Assembly: GCA_944320495.1 (NCBI GenBank)
Contig: CALUHR010000001.1
Coordinates: 21,697-85,696 of the forward strand
Source: Candidatus Methanomethylophilaceae archaeon
GTDB taxonomy: Archaea > Thermoplasmatota > Thermoplasmata > Methanomassiliicoccales > Methanomethylophilaceae
Reading direction: 5' to 3'
DNA: 64,000 nucleotides
In this document: in pieces, positions 31,079-41,607 of the stretch
Numbering within the stretch: position 1 is the stretch's first letter
Layout: the number at the start of each line of letters is the position of its first letter
Made by a program: the position numbers and the translations under genes
The notes under the pieces: model-generated
What the model was told of the DNA's origin: nothing
Databases searched by the model: none
The model's input: the letters and a program-made list of their open reading frames with translations, nothing else

Positions 31079-31918
31079 GTGGATCGCAGTTCCATCGATC
31101 GTTCGGATTCATCCGGTAGGAAGGAGCCGGATGAGGGCAGGAGTTTCGATGTCGATGCATATCTGGCTCGCATCGGGATGCCCCGTCCCTCCGAGCCGGA
31201 TCTCGGATACGCCGACTCCCTGGTCCTCTCGCATCAGTGCTCGGTCCCATTCGAGAATCTGGACTGCTACGACCTTGGGAAGGTCCCGGACACATCGATG
31301 GGAGCCGTGTTCGCGAAGGTCGTCCGCGATCATCGCGGCGGGTACTGCTTCGAGATCAACAAGCTGTTCTCCCGTCTGCTCTCGGAATGCGGATACAGGG
31401 CGTGGCCGATATCCTGCAGCGTCCTTCACGGCAGCGACCATGCGGAGATGATGCTTCATCGCGCCACGCTGGTCGAGATCGACGGCTCTGTCTACTACTG
31501 CGATGTCGGCATCGGAGGTCCGCAGCCTGCCGGGCTTGTCCCCCTGGACGGATCCAGGACCCTTCTAGGAGAGCACTATTCCGTCGAGAGGGACGATGGG
31601 CCCTGGTGCTATCTGGTCCGCCATCGCGACGACGGCACATGTGCCAGATTGGTCGCGTTCCTCGACTTCCCCGTGCCGGATGGGTTCTTCGTTCCATTCA
31701 ACCACTACTGCTCCACCAGCGCGGATTCCAAGTTCACCAGGAGGCGCATCGTCAACATGCGCACGCATCGCGGCAGCCTGTCCCTCGTGGGCGGGACACT
31801 GACCGAGCGTTGCGACGGGAGGACCACCGTGACGGAATACGATCGCTGCGAGGATCTGGCAATGATGCTCCGCGAGAAGTTCGGGATAGAGGTCCAGCCG
31901 TCCGATCTGAGGGTGCGA
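31079..31918 (+). CDS. Arylamine N-acetyltransferase family; ends at CGA 31916-31918
   Basis: YLARIG, VPFENLD, RGGYCFE (catalytic Cys), His and YCDVG Asp triad. CGA 10 nt before the convergent stop. Confidence 0.88.
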
Positions 31919-31928
31919 TCCCCTTCGG

Positions 31929-33068
31929 TCATTCCTTCCCATTCCTCTTCCTCTCGAATCCTTCGCATATCATCCTGCGATCGGTGTTCTCGAAGTTGTT
32001 GGCGTAGAGGAATCCGTACATCACCGATGTGACCAGCAGCGGGATGAGGAACGAGAGGTAGTTGACGATGATGCGCTCCACATCGTTGCCCAGGTACACG
32101 GACAGCAGGAACATCATCATGAACGCACCCAGCGTGGCGAAGGTGGTGAAGAGCCTGTGCTTGGCACCCTCCCACAGGTAGTAGTCCCTCGGGGCGTCGG
32201 AGGTCACCCTGGCGCCGACGCAGCGGACGATCTGCCACGGGAGTATGAGGGCCGGTGTGAACATGGACAGCATGAGGGTGATGGAGAGCATCGTCTTCCA
32301 GTCCATGACCTCCAGGAAGTACGGGTTGACGAAGAGATAGGACGAGACCAGGAGCCCGAGCATGAACAGATAGGTGGAGATGCTCACCGCCCTGCCGAGG
32401 TCGAATGCATGCTCCCCCCTCGGATCCAGTTCGATGCTTCTGATATCGATGATGTCCGGGACCATGAAGAAGCGCTCGGCCTTCCCGCGTTTCCCTTCCT
32501 TGGCATGGGATGCCATGGACGAGAAGACGTTCGGCATGTAGATGCGCAGGTAGGACGAGATCACGCTGGTCACTCCGATGGAGGTGAAGAGCACGACCGC
32601 GTAGGTGGCCAGGAAGCAAACAATCTCCCTGGTGAGCCCGTGGAGCTCTATCCCGATTGCCCCGAGCATGTCCGACACGGCGACCAGGAACGAGAAGTCC
32701 CCGAATATCGCGCCGCACACCCACAGAAGCAGAGAGAGAGCGGCGGCGAACAGGATGATCACCCAGCCGGGGAAGACGCCCTTGGACATCATCAGGCTGC
32801 AGGGGACGCCCAGTATCGCGAAGCAGAACACGAACGACAGGCACAGGAGCTCTATGAGTCCCGGGATGGTGAACTCGCCGAGATAGATCGCGGCCGCCAG
32901 CCATATGAGCAGGGCGACCACGACGAAGTACGGGAATCCGCGGGCGATCTTCGTCTCGCCGCTGGCTATGCGGGGCTCGCCGTCCCCGTCGCGCCCCATG
33001 CCCTCGGCCGCGGCGTCGAGCCTGTCGGCGAATCCGTCGACCGCGCTGTCGATCCTGTCCCTCTTCAC
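31929..33068 (-). CDS. Hypothetical multi-pass membrane protein
   Basis: About 8 hydrophobic segments, host-like codon usage. Confidence 0.7.
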   Translation of the reverse strand: MKRDRIDSAVDGFADRLDAAAEGMGRDGDGEPRIASGETKIARGFPYFVVVALLIWLAAAIYLGEFTIPGLIELLCLSFVFCFAILGVPCSLMMSKGVFPGWVIILFAAALSLLLWVCGAIFGDFSFLVAVSDMLGAIGIELHGLTREIVCFLATYAVVLFTSIGVTSVISSYLRIYMPNVFSSMASHAKEGKRGKAERFFMVPDIIDIRSIELDPRGEHAFDLGRAVSISTYLFMLGLLVSSYLFVNPYFLEVMDWKTMLSITLMLSMFTPALILPWQIVRCVGARVTSDAPRDYYLWEGAKHRLFTTFATLGAFMMMFLLSVYLGNDVERIIVNYLSFLIPLLVTSVMYGFLYANNFENTDRRMICEGFERKRNGKE

Positions 33069-33142
33069 GGCGAGAAGATTGCTGTCTCATTTAAAAAGGG
33101 TCTGATACCTTTTTATCAGATGTCACTGCGATGCGGGTACTC

Positions 33143-34297
33143 ATGGCCGAGCAGAGCGGACTGAAGAATCGCGGACACACAGTCGCAGACATGGAGGAGA
33201 GGCGCGCGGCCGCCGAGGCCTTCACCGGAGCGACACTCGAGGAGATAGCCAGAGGGGGCATGGACCCCGAGACGGCGTCCAAGAACATCGAGAACATGAT
33301 CGGGACGACCCAGATTCCGCTCGGCTATGCCGGACCGGTCGACATCCACGGAGGGTACGCCCAGGGCAGGTTCCTCATCCCGCTCGCGACCACCGAGGGC
33401 GCGCTCATCGCATCGATCTCCCGCGGCATGTCGGTCATCAACGACGGCGGAGGGGTGAGCGTCGCCGTCTTCCAGGATGCCATGACGAGGGCGCCCGTGT
33501 TCCGCGTCGAGGGCGTCGAGCATGCTACCAGGGTCATGCAGTGGGTCGACACCCACCACGAGGAGATCGATTACGCCGTGTCCACCACGACCTCTCATGG
33601 GAAGCTCGTGAGGATCGAGATGTTCCCGTCCGGCAGGAGCCTGTACATGCGCCTGTCCTTCCAGACCGGGGACGCCATGGGGATGAACATGGCCACCATA
33701 GCCAGCGAGGCCGTCTGCAGGCTGGTCGAGACAGAGACCGGGGCCACGCTCGTCTCGGTCTCCGGGAACATGTGCTCGGACAAGAAGCCCGCCGCCATCA
33801 ACATGATCGAGGGTCGCGGGAAGACCGTGGTCGCAGAGGCCCGCATACCCAGGGAGGTCGTCGAAGGGCGCCTCCACGCCACGTCCGAGGCGATCGTCGA
33901 GACCAACTACCGCAAGAACCTGGTCGGCAGCAGCATGGCCGGCACGATGGGCGCCAACGCCCATGCGGCCAACATGGTCGCCGCGCTGTACATAGCGACC
34001 GGTCAGGACCCGGCGCAGGTCGTGGGCGGGAGCATGGCCATCACCACCTGCGAGGACATCGACGGCGACCTCTACATCGCCGTGCGCATGCCCGCGGTCG
34101 AGGTCGGCACCGTCGGCGGCGGGACCAGGCTCCCCTGCCAGAGGGAGGCCCTCTCCATGATCGGGTGCGTCGGCGAGGGCAAGGCGAGGAAGCTGGCCGA
34201 GATCGTGGCCACCACCGTCCTCGCGGGCGAGCTCTCGACGCTCGCGGCGCAGGCCGCGGGTCAGCTCGGCGCCGCACATGCCCGTCTGGGCCGCTGA
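33143..34297 (+). CDS. hmgA: HMG-CoA reductase (class I, NADPH)
   Basis: ENMIG, PLATTEGAL, DAMGMNM, DKKPA, NAHAAN, GTVGGGT. Confidence 0.95.
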   Translation: MAEQSGLKNRGHTVADMEERRAAAEAFTGATLEEIARGGMDPETASKNIENMIGTTQIPLGYAGPVDIHGGYAQGRFLIPLATTEGALIASISRGMSVINDGGGVSVAVFQDAMTRAPVFRVEGVEHATRVMQWVDTHHEEIDYAVSTTTSHGKLVRIEMFPSGRSLYMRLSFQTGDAMGMNMATIASEAVCRLVETETGATLVSVSGNMCSDKKPAAINMIEGRGKTVVAEARIPREVVEGRLHATSEAIVETNYRKNLVGSSMAGTMGANAHAANMVAALYIATGQDPAQVVGGSMAITTCEDIDGDLYIAVRMPAVEVGTVGGGTRLPCQREALSMIGCVGEGKARKLAEIVATTVLAGELSTLAAQAAGQLGAAHARLGR

Positions 34298-34348
34298 GGC
34301 TCGCGCGCGTGCGCGTCCATTTATAGGGCATCCCCGTTCCGCGTAAGC

Positions 34349-36007
34349 ATGCCAGTCATAAACTTCAGGTACAGCGACCTGTGCTCGATGCTCGGGGAGG
34401 AGGTACCGGAGCAGACGCTCGTAGACAGGATCCCGATGATCGGGGCCGACATGGGGGACACCGAGGGCGGTTCCGACGAGATGTCTGTGGAGTTCTTCCC
34501 GGACCGTCCCGACATGTACAGCGTCGAGGGTGTAGCCAGGGCCATGAGGGCCTTCCTCGACATCGAGCCCGGGATGAAGACCTACCCCGTGGGGGAATCG
34601 GACATCGAGGTCACCATCGACCGGAGCGTCAAGGAGGTCCGTCCGTACTTCCTCTGCGGGATCGTACGCGGCGTCGACGTCACCGACGAGCTCCTGAAGT
34701 CCATGATGGAGACGCAGGAGAAGCTCCACATCACCATCGGCAGGAAGAGGAGCAAGCTGGCAATCGGCATCCACGACCTCTCCAAGGTCAAACCACCGTT
34801 CATCTACAGGCTCGCCGAGCCCCACTCCATCCGCTTCGTCCCCCTCGCCATGGACGAGGAGATGGACATGGCCGAGATCCTCGAGAGGAATGAGAAGGGC
34901 AGGGAGTACAACAAGCTCCTGGAGGGGATGTCCGAGTACCCCGTCATCCTCGATTCCGAGGGGCAGGTCCTTTCGTTCCCGCCCATCATCAACGGCCGTC
35001 TCACCACCGTGACGGTCGGCAGGCACGACCTCTTCATCGATGTCACCGGAAACGACGCAAAGGCCGTCAAGGGCGCCCTGGACATCGTCGCTTGCGCTCT
35101 CGCCGAGCGTGGCGGGAAGATCGAGTCCGTGATCATGCACGAAGGGGACGCCACGTTCAGGTCCCCAGACCTCACCCCCACCGTCAGGAGGATCTCCGCA
35201 TCCGCCTGCGACAGGTTCCTGGGCAAGGACATCGGCCCGGAGGGCACCGTCGAATGCCTCCGCAGGATGGGCATGGACGCCGTCGCCGAGGGAGACGAGG
35301 TCACCGTGACCATCCCGCCAGTCAGACTGGACATCATGCACGACGTGGACATCTACGAGGATGTCGCCACCGGATACGGCTTCGAGAGGTTCGGGGGATC
35401 GTACACTGTCACCCAGACCCCTGGTGCCCTGCTTCCGGAGACCGCGTTCTCCGAGTCGCTGAGGGACATCCTCGTCGGTCTCGGGTTCACCGAGGTCAAC
35501 ACCCTCACCCTGAGCAACCAGAGGGAGGAGTTCGAAATCCCCGGATTCCCGGAGGTCGATGTCGTGCGCGTCCTCAACCCGATCACCGAGGACCACACAT
35601 GCCTCAGGGCGTACCTCGCCCCCAGCCTCGTCAGGATCCTCAGGCACAACAAGCACCGCGACCTGCCCCAGAGGATCTTCGAGGTCGGATACGTAGTCAG
35701 GGACCAGCTCACCCAGCTCCGCCTCTGCGCCATGGCCACAGCGTCCAAGGTCCCCTTCACCGAGGTCAAGTCCTGGACCGAGTCCATCCTCCGCGAGGCC
35801 GGCGTCGAATACACGCTCGAACCCTGCGAGTACCCCACATTCGTCCGCGGGAGGGGCGCCCAGGTGATCTCAGGAGGGAAGGTCATCGGCATGTTCGGCG
35901 AGATGTCCCCGAAGGTCGTCGTCGACTACGGCATAACCCATCCCATCGGATTCTGCGAGCTGGATCTGGAGCCCATCATCGCCGGGAAGAGCGACACCCT
36001 GTTCTGA
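34349..36007 (+). CDS. pheT: Phenylalanyl-tRNA synthetase beta subunit
   Basis: DRPDMYSVEG, QEKLH..IGRKR, FPPIING, RLDIMHDVDI.ED, RIFEVG. Confidence 0.95.
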   Translation: MPVINFRYSDLCSMLGEEVPEQTLVDRIPMIGADMGDTEGGSDEMSVEFFPDRPDMYSVEGVARAMRAFLDIEPGMKTYPVGESDIEVTIDRSVKEVRPYFLCGIVRGVDVTDELLKSMMETQEKLHITIGRKRSKLAIGIHDLSKVKPPFIYRLAEPHSIRFVPLAMDEEMDMAEILERNEKGREYNKLLEGMSEYPVILDSEGQVLSFPPIINGRLTTVTVGRHDLFIDVTGNDAKAVKGALDIVACALAERGGKIESVIMHEGDATFRSPDLTPTVRRISASACDRFLGKDIGPEGTVECLRRMGMDAVAEGDEVTVTIPPVRLDIMHDVDIYEDVATGYGFERFGGSYTVTQTPGALLPETAFSESLRDILVGLGFTEVNTLTLSNQREEFEIPGFPEVDVVRVLNPITEDHTCLRAYLAPSLVRILRHNKHRDLPQRIFEVGYVVRDQLTQLRLCAMATASKVPFTEVKSWTESILREAGVEYTLEPCEYPTFVRGRGAQVISGGKVIGMFGEMSPKVVVDYGITHPIGFCELDLEPIIAGKSDTLF

Positions 36008-36017
36008 GGCGCATCCC

Positions 36018-36491
36018 ATGGAAGTCGGCGACAGGTTCCCGGAGTTCAGGCTCAGGGACGAGAACGGCGAGGAGCTGGACAGCTCGTCGCTGGAGGGCAT
36101 AAGGTACGTGATCTACTTCTATCCGAAGGACAACACGCCCGGATGCACCAAGGAGGCCGAGGAGTTCAGCGCCAGCATCGGGCAGTTCCTGATGCGCAAC
36201 ATCCCTGTGATAGGTGTGAGCAAGGACTCCGTCGAATCCCATCGGAAGTTCATCGACAAGCACCAGCTCAGGGTGAAGCTCCTCAGCGATCCCGACCACG
36301 AGCTGATGGAGAAGGTCGGCGCCTGGGGCACCAAGGTCTCCTACGGCAAGGAGACCGTCGGCACCATCAGGTCGACCTTCCTGGTCGGCAGGGACGGGAC
36401 CGTCGAGGCCGTCTGGCGCAACGTCAAGGTCAACGGGCATGTGGACAAGGTCCTCGCATGCGCCGTGTCCTGTTCGAAATCGAAGAGCTGA
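36018..36491 (+). CDS. bcp: Peroxiredoxin (BCP family)
   Basis: YFYPKDNTPGCTKEA. Confidence 0.93.
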   Translation: MEVGDRFPEFRLRDENGEELDSSSLEGIRYVIYFYPKDNTPGCTKEAEEFSASIGQFLMRNIPVIGVSKDSVESHRKFIDKHQLRVKLLSDPDHELMEKVGAWGTKVSYGKETVGTIRSTFLVGRDGTVEAVWRNVKVNGHVDKVLACAVSCSKSKS

Positions 36492-37541
36492 ATCCAGGCT
36501 CCTCAGGACCTCTCCGGCATCCGCCAGGAGGCTGAGGTCCGCGAAACCGTGTATGGGGGCGTCGGGATCGCTGTTGACGGCGATGATCCTGCGCGCCCCC
36601 GTCATGCCAACCCTGTGCTGTACGGCGCCGGATATCCCGAACGCGATGTAGAGGTCGGGGGACACGATCCTCCCGGACATGCCGACCTGACGGGAGCGGG
36701 GCATCCATCCCCTCTCGACCAGGGCGCGGGAGCAGCACACGGCCCCTCCCATCTTCTTCGCCACGGATTCCGCCACATCGATCAGGCCCCTGTCGCGTAT
36801 GCCGTCGCCGAGCGCGATGAGCACACGGGCGTCCTCGATCCCGTGATCGGCATCGATCCGCTCGTCCGATACGATGTCCTTCACGGAATCGCCCGGGTAC
36901 TGCCAGTAGATCGCCGTGCCCTTCCTGTCCTCCCTCTCCGGCATCCCGAAGGCGCCCGGACGGACCGTGGCGACCTGCGGATACCCCACATACCTGATGT
37001 CGGCCATCAGGGAGCCTCCGAAGGCGGGTCTCGTCGCGACAAGGTCGCGTCCGTCGGCACCGAGGCCGGTGCAGTCCGCGGTGATCCCCGAGCCGATGGA
37101 TGCGGCCACACGAGGCGCCAGCTCCCTTCCGAAGGGGGTGGCCGAGAACAGGACGATCGCAGGTTCGATCCTCGCGATGACGGCGGAGATGCATTCCGCA
37201 TACGCCTCGGGCATGTAGGTCTCGAGTCTGGCGTCCCTGACGTGGTAGATCGTGTCCACGCCGTATCCGAACGCATCGGGATACATTCCCTTGACCTCCG
37301 GTCCGCCGAACACCACTCCGAAGACGCGGCCGACACCGAGCGAGCGGGCCGCGCCGATGAGCTCCGCGGAGTGGTCCGCGAGCCTGACGCCCTCCCCGGA
37401 GCCCGTAGTCTCCAGATGGACCAGGATGCCGTCAGCCACGGACTGGTTGATGTCGTAGCGCTTGAGCATGCCGGGCGGGAGCCTGTCGGGGTCGTCCCCT
37501 CCGCCGCACGTGGAGCATGAGCCCCCTTCGCATCCGCTCAT
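36480..37541 (-). CDS. etfA: Electron transfer flavoprotein alpha subunit; ends at CGA 36480-36482
   Basis: GRELAPRVAA, GITADC, TRPAFGG, CSRALV, QVGMSG..VSPDLYIAFGISGAVQH, AVNSDPDAPI. CGA at the family C-terminus. Confidence 0.9.
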
Positions 37542-38311
37542 CTGGATCCAGCCTCCCTGATGATTATGTCGGCGGCCTTGGACGGATCGGTGATCTCGAC
37601 CATCATGTTCCTCCTGGCGGACTGCACGGTCCTGGTGGATGCTATCCTGGTGAGCGATCCCTTCAGTCCGACCGAGTACAGGCCGAGGCCGACGTCTATG
37701 CGATTGAGTATGTGCGGCTCGTGCCCCCTCGCCCTCAGGTACCCATCGGCGTTGGGGATGGAACCGTTGGGGTCCACGTTGCCGAACGCAACCACGGACC
37801 CCTTCGGGACCCTGGCGGTCCTCGTGAAGGTGCCGTAGTCCTGAACCGCGACGAAGCCATCGCCTTCCCTTGACAGCTCGGTCACGTATGCGAACTGCTG
37901 AACGTCCATGAGCGCTGCGAACTCGAAGGGCACCTGGCCCGTCTCGCCGTCGATGGCGCGCCCTCCGAAGACGTAGAGGCAGGCGTCGCAGGCGTATCTG
38001 CCGGCGTATGCGGCGAGCGTCCTGGAAGTTGCCCACGTGTCGGCACCGGCGAAGTCCCTGTCCGATATGAGGAAGGAGTCGTCCGCTCCGAGTTCGATGC
38101 AGCGTCTGAGCGCATCTGCGGCCTGCATGGGCCCCATCGTGACCGCGACGACCTCGTCGTCATCACCCCTGATGCGGAGGGTCCTGAGGAGCGCAAGCTC
38201 GGAATAGGGGTCTAGTATGCTCGGGACGCCCGCTCTGACGAGCGAGCCGTCTTCGTCCACGGTGACGGACATCGTGTCGGGGACCTGCTTCACGAAGACG
38301 ACGAACCTCAT
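37538..38311 (-). CDS. etfB: Electron transfer flavoprotein beta subunit
   Basis: VKQVPD, TMGP, GAD, FAGADTWATS, AIDGETGQV. Confidence 0.92.
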   Translation of the reverse strand: MRFVVFVKQVPDTMSVTVDEDGSLVRAGVPSILDPYSELALLRTLRIRGDDDEVVAVTMGPMQAADALRRCIELGADDSFLISDRDFAGADTWATSRTLAAYAGRYACDACLYVFGGRAIDGETGQVPFEFAALMDVQQFAYVTELSREGDGFVAVQDYGTFTRTARVPKGSVVAFGNVDPNGSIPNADGYLRARGHEPHILNRIDVGLGLYSVGLKGSLTRIASTRTVQSARRNMMVEITDPSKAADIIIREAGSR

Positions 38312-39861
38312 CTCCTCTCCTCCAGGATGTTACCGGGGCACAGGATGCCCTTGGGATCGATCACGCTCTTGACGCATCTTAGCTCCTCGATCCCCTCGTC
38401 GCCGTACATCATGCGCATGTACTCGCGCTTGATCTTGCCTATCCCATGCTCCGCGCTGGGGGACCCGCCGAGCTCGACCGCCTTCCTCGCGAACTCCGCG
38501 TAAACGGCCTTGGCCTTCTCGAAGTCGTCCATCGACTTCAGTATGATCTCCACGTGCGGGTGGTTGTTCCCCAGGTGTCCGAATACGACGTATTCGAGGC
38601 CGGCCTCCTCGAGTTTCTTCCTGTAGAACGACATCATCTCGTCGGCGCGGTCGTCGGGCACCGCCATGTCCGTCCCCATCTTGTGGATGCCCGGCATGGT
38701 CCCTTTAAGCGAGGCGACGTACTCGAAGATGGACCTCGGTATGGCATGGCGCATGTCCCTCATGCGCCCCTGGTCCTCGCGACCCCTGCCGCACCAGATC
38801 ATGGATGCGTCGCCACCGTGTGCCTCCGCCATGCGGCAGACGGCCTCGATGCGGGAGTCCTCAGTACCGTCGGCGGCCACGTCGAGGAAGACGGCCGCCC
38901 CGGCACAATCGGGCAGGTCCGGGATCCTTATCGCCGCCGGGTCGTCGGTCCTCACGCGGCGGATCAGGTCGAGTGACCCGCCGTCCATGTACTCCAGGAA
39001 CTCGGGACCGATCCCATCATCGGCGCGGATGTCGCGTATCATGCCGAGAGCATCCGCATCAGAAGGCAGGAACGCTATGAGCGAAACTGTCGGGTGCCAC
39101 GGCGCCAGATAGACATCGGCCTCTGCGATGATTCCGAAGATCCCCTCGGACCCCACGAACAGGTCCACGAGGTCCATGTCCTTTCCGAACCTCGGGCCCA
39201 TCGCGCTCTTGACGTTGTCGTTGTAGGTGTATCTGGGCACATCGAAGGAGTAGAGCTCCCTGCCGGCGGGGAATGTCATGCGCCATCCGTCGGCGCATAT
39301 GTCCCCGCGGGTGATGTCCAGCCCCTGTCCGTCCGGCAGGACCATGTAGAGCCTTCTCACCCAGTCCCTCGTGGGGCCGTACTTGAACGTCCTCGGTCCC
39401 GAGGAGTTGCAGGCTATGTTCCCTCCGATGGAGCCGTCCAGCTCCGTCGGGTCTATGGGATAGAGCCACGGGACCAGCTCCGATCTGAGCGATTCGATGG
39501 CCCCGGGCGTGATGTCCGCAAGGTCATCGAAGTCCCTGCGCTCCAGCAGGGAGTTCATCTCGCGGACGGTGGTGCATGGGAGCACCCTGACGAAGTACCC
39601 CCTCTCGTCCCTGCCGATGCCGATGACGCCGGTCATGCGCTCGAGCGAGAGCACGTAGCCGTCGGTGGGCACGCATCCTCCGCACACCCCTGTGCGCATG
39701 GCGCTGACGGTCATGCGGTTGCCCTTGGAGTGGTTGATCCTCATGGCCTCCCTGAGCTCGGCCTCGTCGTTCGGAAGGACGACGTAGTCGGCGCGGCCGG
39801 TCATCTTCGATTCATCCGTGAGGTACTTGGACCCCTGGCGGATCTGCCTCCTGTCGAACAT
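38308..39861 (-). CDS. FAD-linked oxidase (GlcD/D-lactate dehydrogenase-like)
   Basis: TGVCGG, PIDPT, SIGGNIACNSSG, GSEGIFG, C-terminal SAEHGIGK. Confidence 0.85.
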   Translation of the reverse strand: MFDRRQIRQGSKYLTDESKMTGRADYVVLPNDEAELREAMRINHSKGNRMTVSAMRTGVCGGCVPTDGYVLSLERMTGVIGIGRDERGYFVRVLPCTTVREMNSLLERRDFDDLADITPGAIESLRSELVPWLYPIDPTELDGSIGGNIACNSSGPRTFKYGPTRDWVRRLYMVLPDGQGLDITRGDICADGWRMTFPAGRELYSFDVPRYTYNDNVKSAMGPRFGKDMDLVDLFVGSEGIFGIIAEADVYLAPWHPTVSLIAFLPSDADALGMIRDIRADDGIGPEFLEYMDGGSLDLIRRVRTDDPAAIRIPDLPDCAGAAVFLDVAADGTEDSRIEAVCRMAEAHGGDASMIWCGRGREDQGRMRDMRHAIPRSIFEYVASLKGTMPGIHKMGTDMAVPDDRADEMMSFYRKKLEEAGLEYVVFGHLGNNHPHVEIILKSMDDFEKAKAVYAEFARKAVELGGSPSAEHGIGKIKREYMRMMYGDEGIEELRCVKSVIDPKGILCPGNILEERR

Positions 39862-39862
39862 C

Positions 39863-40810
39863 TCATCCCTCCCAGATGCGGGGTATCATCGCCGCGGTGA
39901 TGGCCTGCTCCGTAAGCCCGAGACGGTCCAGAAGCCCGTGGCTGAGCATTCCGACCGCGCCCTGGCGCTTGCCTATCCCCTCGCCGCCGTAGAGCTCCCT
40001 GACGGCGTCGCCGACGGTCCTTCCGGATCTGACCAGGGACGCTATGTCGTCCGGGTAGCGGAACCCGGAACCCTGGCCGTAGGTTATCCTCCCGTCCGAG
40101 CTGACGACGGCGCAGTGCTGAATGTCGTACAGGCCATCCGGGAACTCGAAGACGCCCGCCTCTATCCCGACGGCCATCCCGTGGTTGCCGAGGGCGTTCC
40201 TCGCACGGTTCTCCGCCCCGAGGCGCGTCTCCCCCTCGAAGGGCTGCTGCGGCACGCCGCCCTGGACGTCAACAGCGGTGATCCGCACATCGCCGTATAT
40301 GCGCTCCATGACGTTGCGGACGGCCTCCACCTTCACGGGGTTGAGAGACCCGACGGCGATGTCTGGGACATCCCTCCTGCCGGTGCGGCCGTATTCGCCG
40401 CGGAGGATGGCGGAAGCGCTGATCTTGGACCCGTCGTCGGCGTCCACAAGGGGGACAACGGACAGCTCCAGCGGACGCACCCCTCTGGAGGCGCGCTCCT
40501 CGTTGAGCATCCTGCCGTTCCCGAGGGTCTCATCGGAGACCACTAGGACGTCTGCGGAGTCCATAATCTCCCTCGGGCCGTACATGTCGTCGATGACGAA
40601 CAGCTCGTATCCGCCCAGCTGGTCGAGGAACGCTTTTAGCTCGCGCTCACGGACCTCAAGCGGCACGTACACGGGCCTCCCTGATGCGGCCATGCGGTCC
40701 GACGTTATCCCCACGAGGACCCTGTCACCGACCTCGAAGGCCCTCCTCAGGAGGGCGGCGTGGCCGTCATGCAGGACGTCGAAGGTCCCTGCGACAGCGG
40801 AAGTCCTCAT
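39863..40810 (-). CDS. coaD: Phosphopantetheine adenylyltransferase fused to YjjX-type non-canonical NTPase
   Basis: AGTFDVLHDGH, LVVSDET, KISASAI; then VGSLNPVKVEAV, QPF, GIEAG, GAVGMLS. Confidence 0.85.
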   Translation of the reverse strand: MRTSAVAGTFDVLHDGHAALLRRAFEVGDRVLVGITSDRMAASGRPVYVPLEVRERELKAFLDQLGGYELFVIDDMYGPREIMDSADVLVVSDETLGNGRMLNEERASRGVRPLELSVVPLVDADDGSKISASAILRGEYGRTGRRDVPDIAVGSLNPVKVEAVRNVMERIYGDVRITAVDVQGGVPQQPFEGETRLGAENRARNALGNHGMAVGIEAGVFEFPDGLYDIQHCAVVSSDGRITYGQGSGFRYPDDIASLVRSGRTVGDAVRELYGGEGIGKRQGAVGMLSHGLLDRLGLTEQAITAAMIPRIWEG

Positions 40811-41010
40811 ATCGTGATCACTACGCAGACAACGACGACGGCCACGAGCGCGACCCAGATCAGCATGAGCTTCCTGAGCTTCCCCTTGACCTCGCCCCTG
40901 GCCGTTTCCTCGCACTCGGGGGAGCAGAAGTTCCCCTTGCCGACGAACGCCTTCCCGCACTTCTCGCAGTGGCGGTGCTGCGGTATCCTCTCTACTGTTG
41001 GCTCTGTCAT
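40807..41010 (-). CDS. DUF2116-like Zn-ribbon plus TM protein
   Basis: PQHRHCEKCG...FCSPEC plus C-terminal TM. ATGA overlaps on both sides. Confidence 0.85.
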   Translation of the reverse strand: MTEPTVERIPQHRHCEKCGKAFVGKGNFCSPECEETARGEVKGKLRKLMLIWVALVAVVVVCVVITI

Positions 41011-41603
41011 GATGATGCCTCTCTGCGGTCCATCTCGTTGTGCACGACCACTATGCAGTGGTTGGCGTGCAGGCTCTTGGGACCCAGGTTGATCCTGTCA
41101 GGATCGTGTGATTCGAAAATGCGCTCCTCTTCCTCGGTGGGGTCCCTGTCGTCGCCCATGACGAACACTGGGTTCTCGGGGAACTCGTATCCCCTGCAGT
41201 CGGTCCCGTCCTCCCTGAGGTAGATTAGCTTGCTGTCGCGGGTCAGCTCTTCGAGGACCTGCTCCAGGGACCTGCGCACGACGCTGACGCCGGGCGAGGC
41301 CAGGACCTCGCGGTCCTCGAGAGGCTTCATGAGGGCGTTGCGGATCAGCGATGCGGTGCTCCTCTCGTCCGGGTTGAGGTATCTGACGGTCTCCCCTCTG
41401 AATATGACCGTCTTGGGGGCATCGTCGCCCCCTTCCAGGACCAGGTAGACCTCCACATCCCTGCGGATGCCGTGACTCAGGAACAGGGATGCGTTGACGC
41501 ATCTCACCAGGATGTCGAGCCTACCGGCCCCTCCCGCTATGTCGTCCAGCTTGAAGTCCCCGGTTGTGGAGGCACGATGGCCGATGACGACGAATCTCTT
41601 CAT
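41007..41603 (-). CDS. trmY: tRNA (pseudouridine54-N1)-methyltransferase
   Basis: GRLDILVRC, LSHGIR, PDERS, SPOUT knot GPKSLHANHC. Confidence 0.92.
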   Translation of the reverse strand: MKRFVVIGHRASTTGDFKLDDIAGGAGRLDILVRCVNASLFLSHGIRRDVEVYLVLEGGDDAPKTVIFRGETVRYLNPDERSTASLIRNALMKPLEDREVLASPGVSVVRRSLEQVLEELTRDSKLIYLREDGTDCRGYEFPENPVFVMGDDRDPTEEEERIFESHDPDRINLGPKSLHANHCIVVVHNEMDRREASS

Positions 41604-41607
41604 CGGA

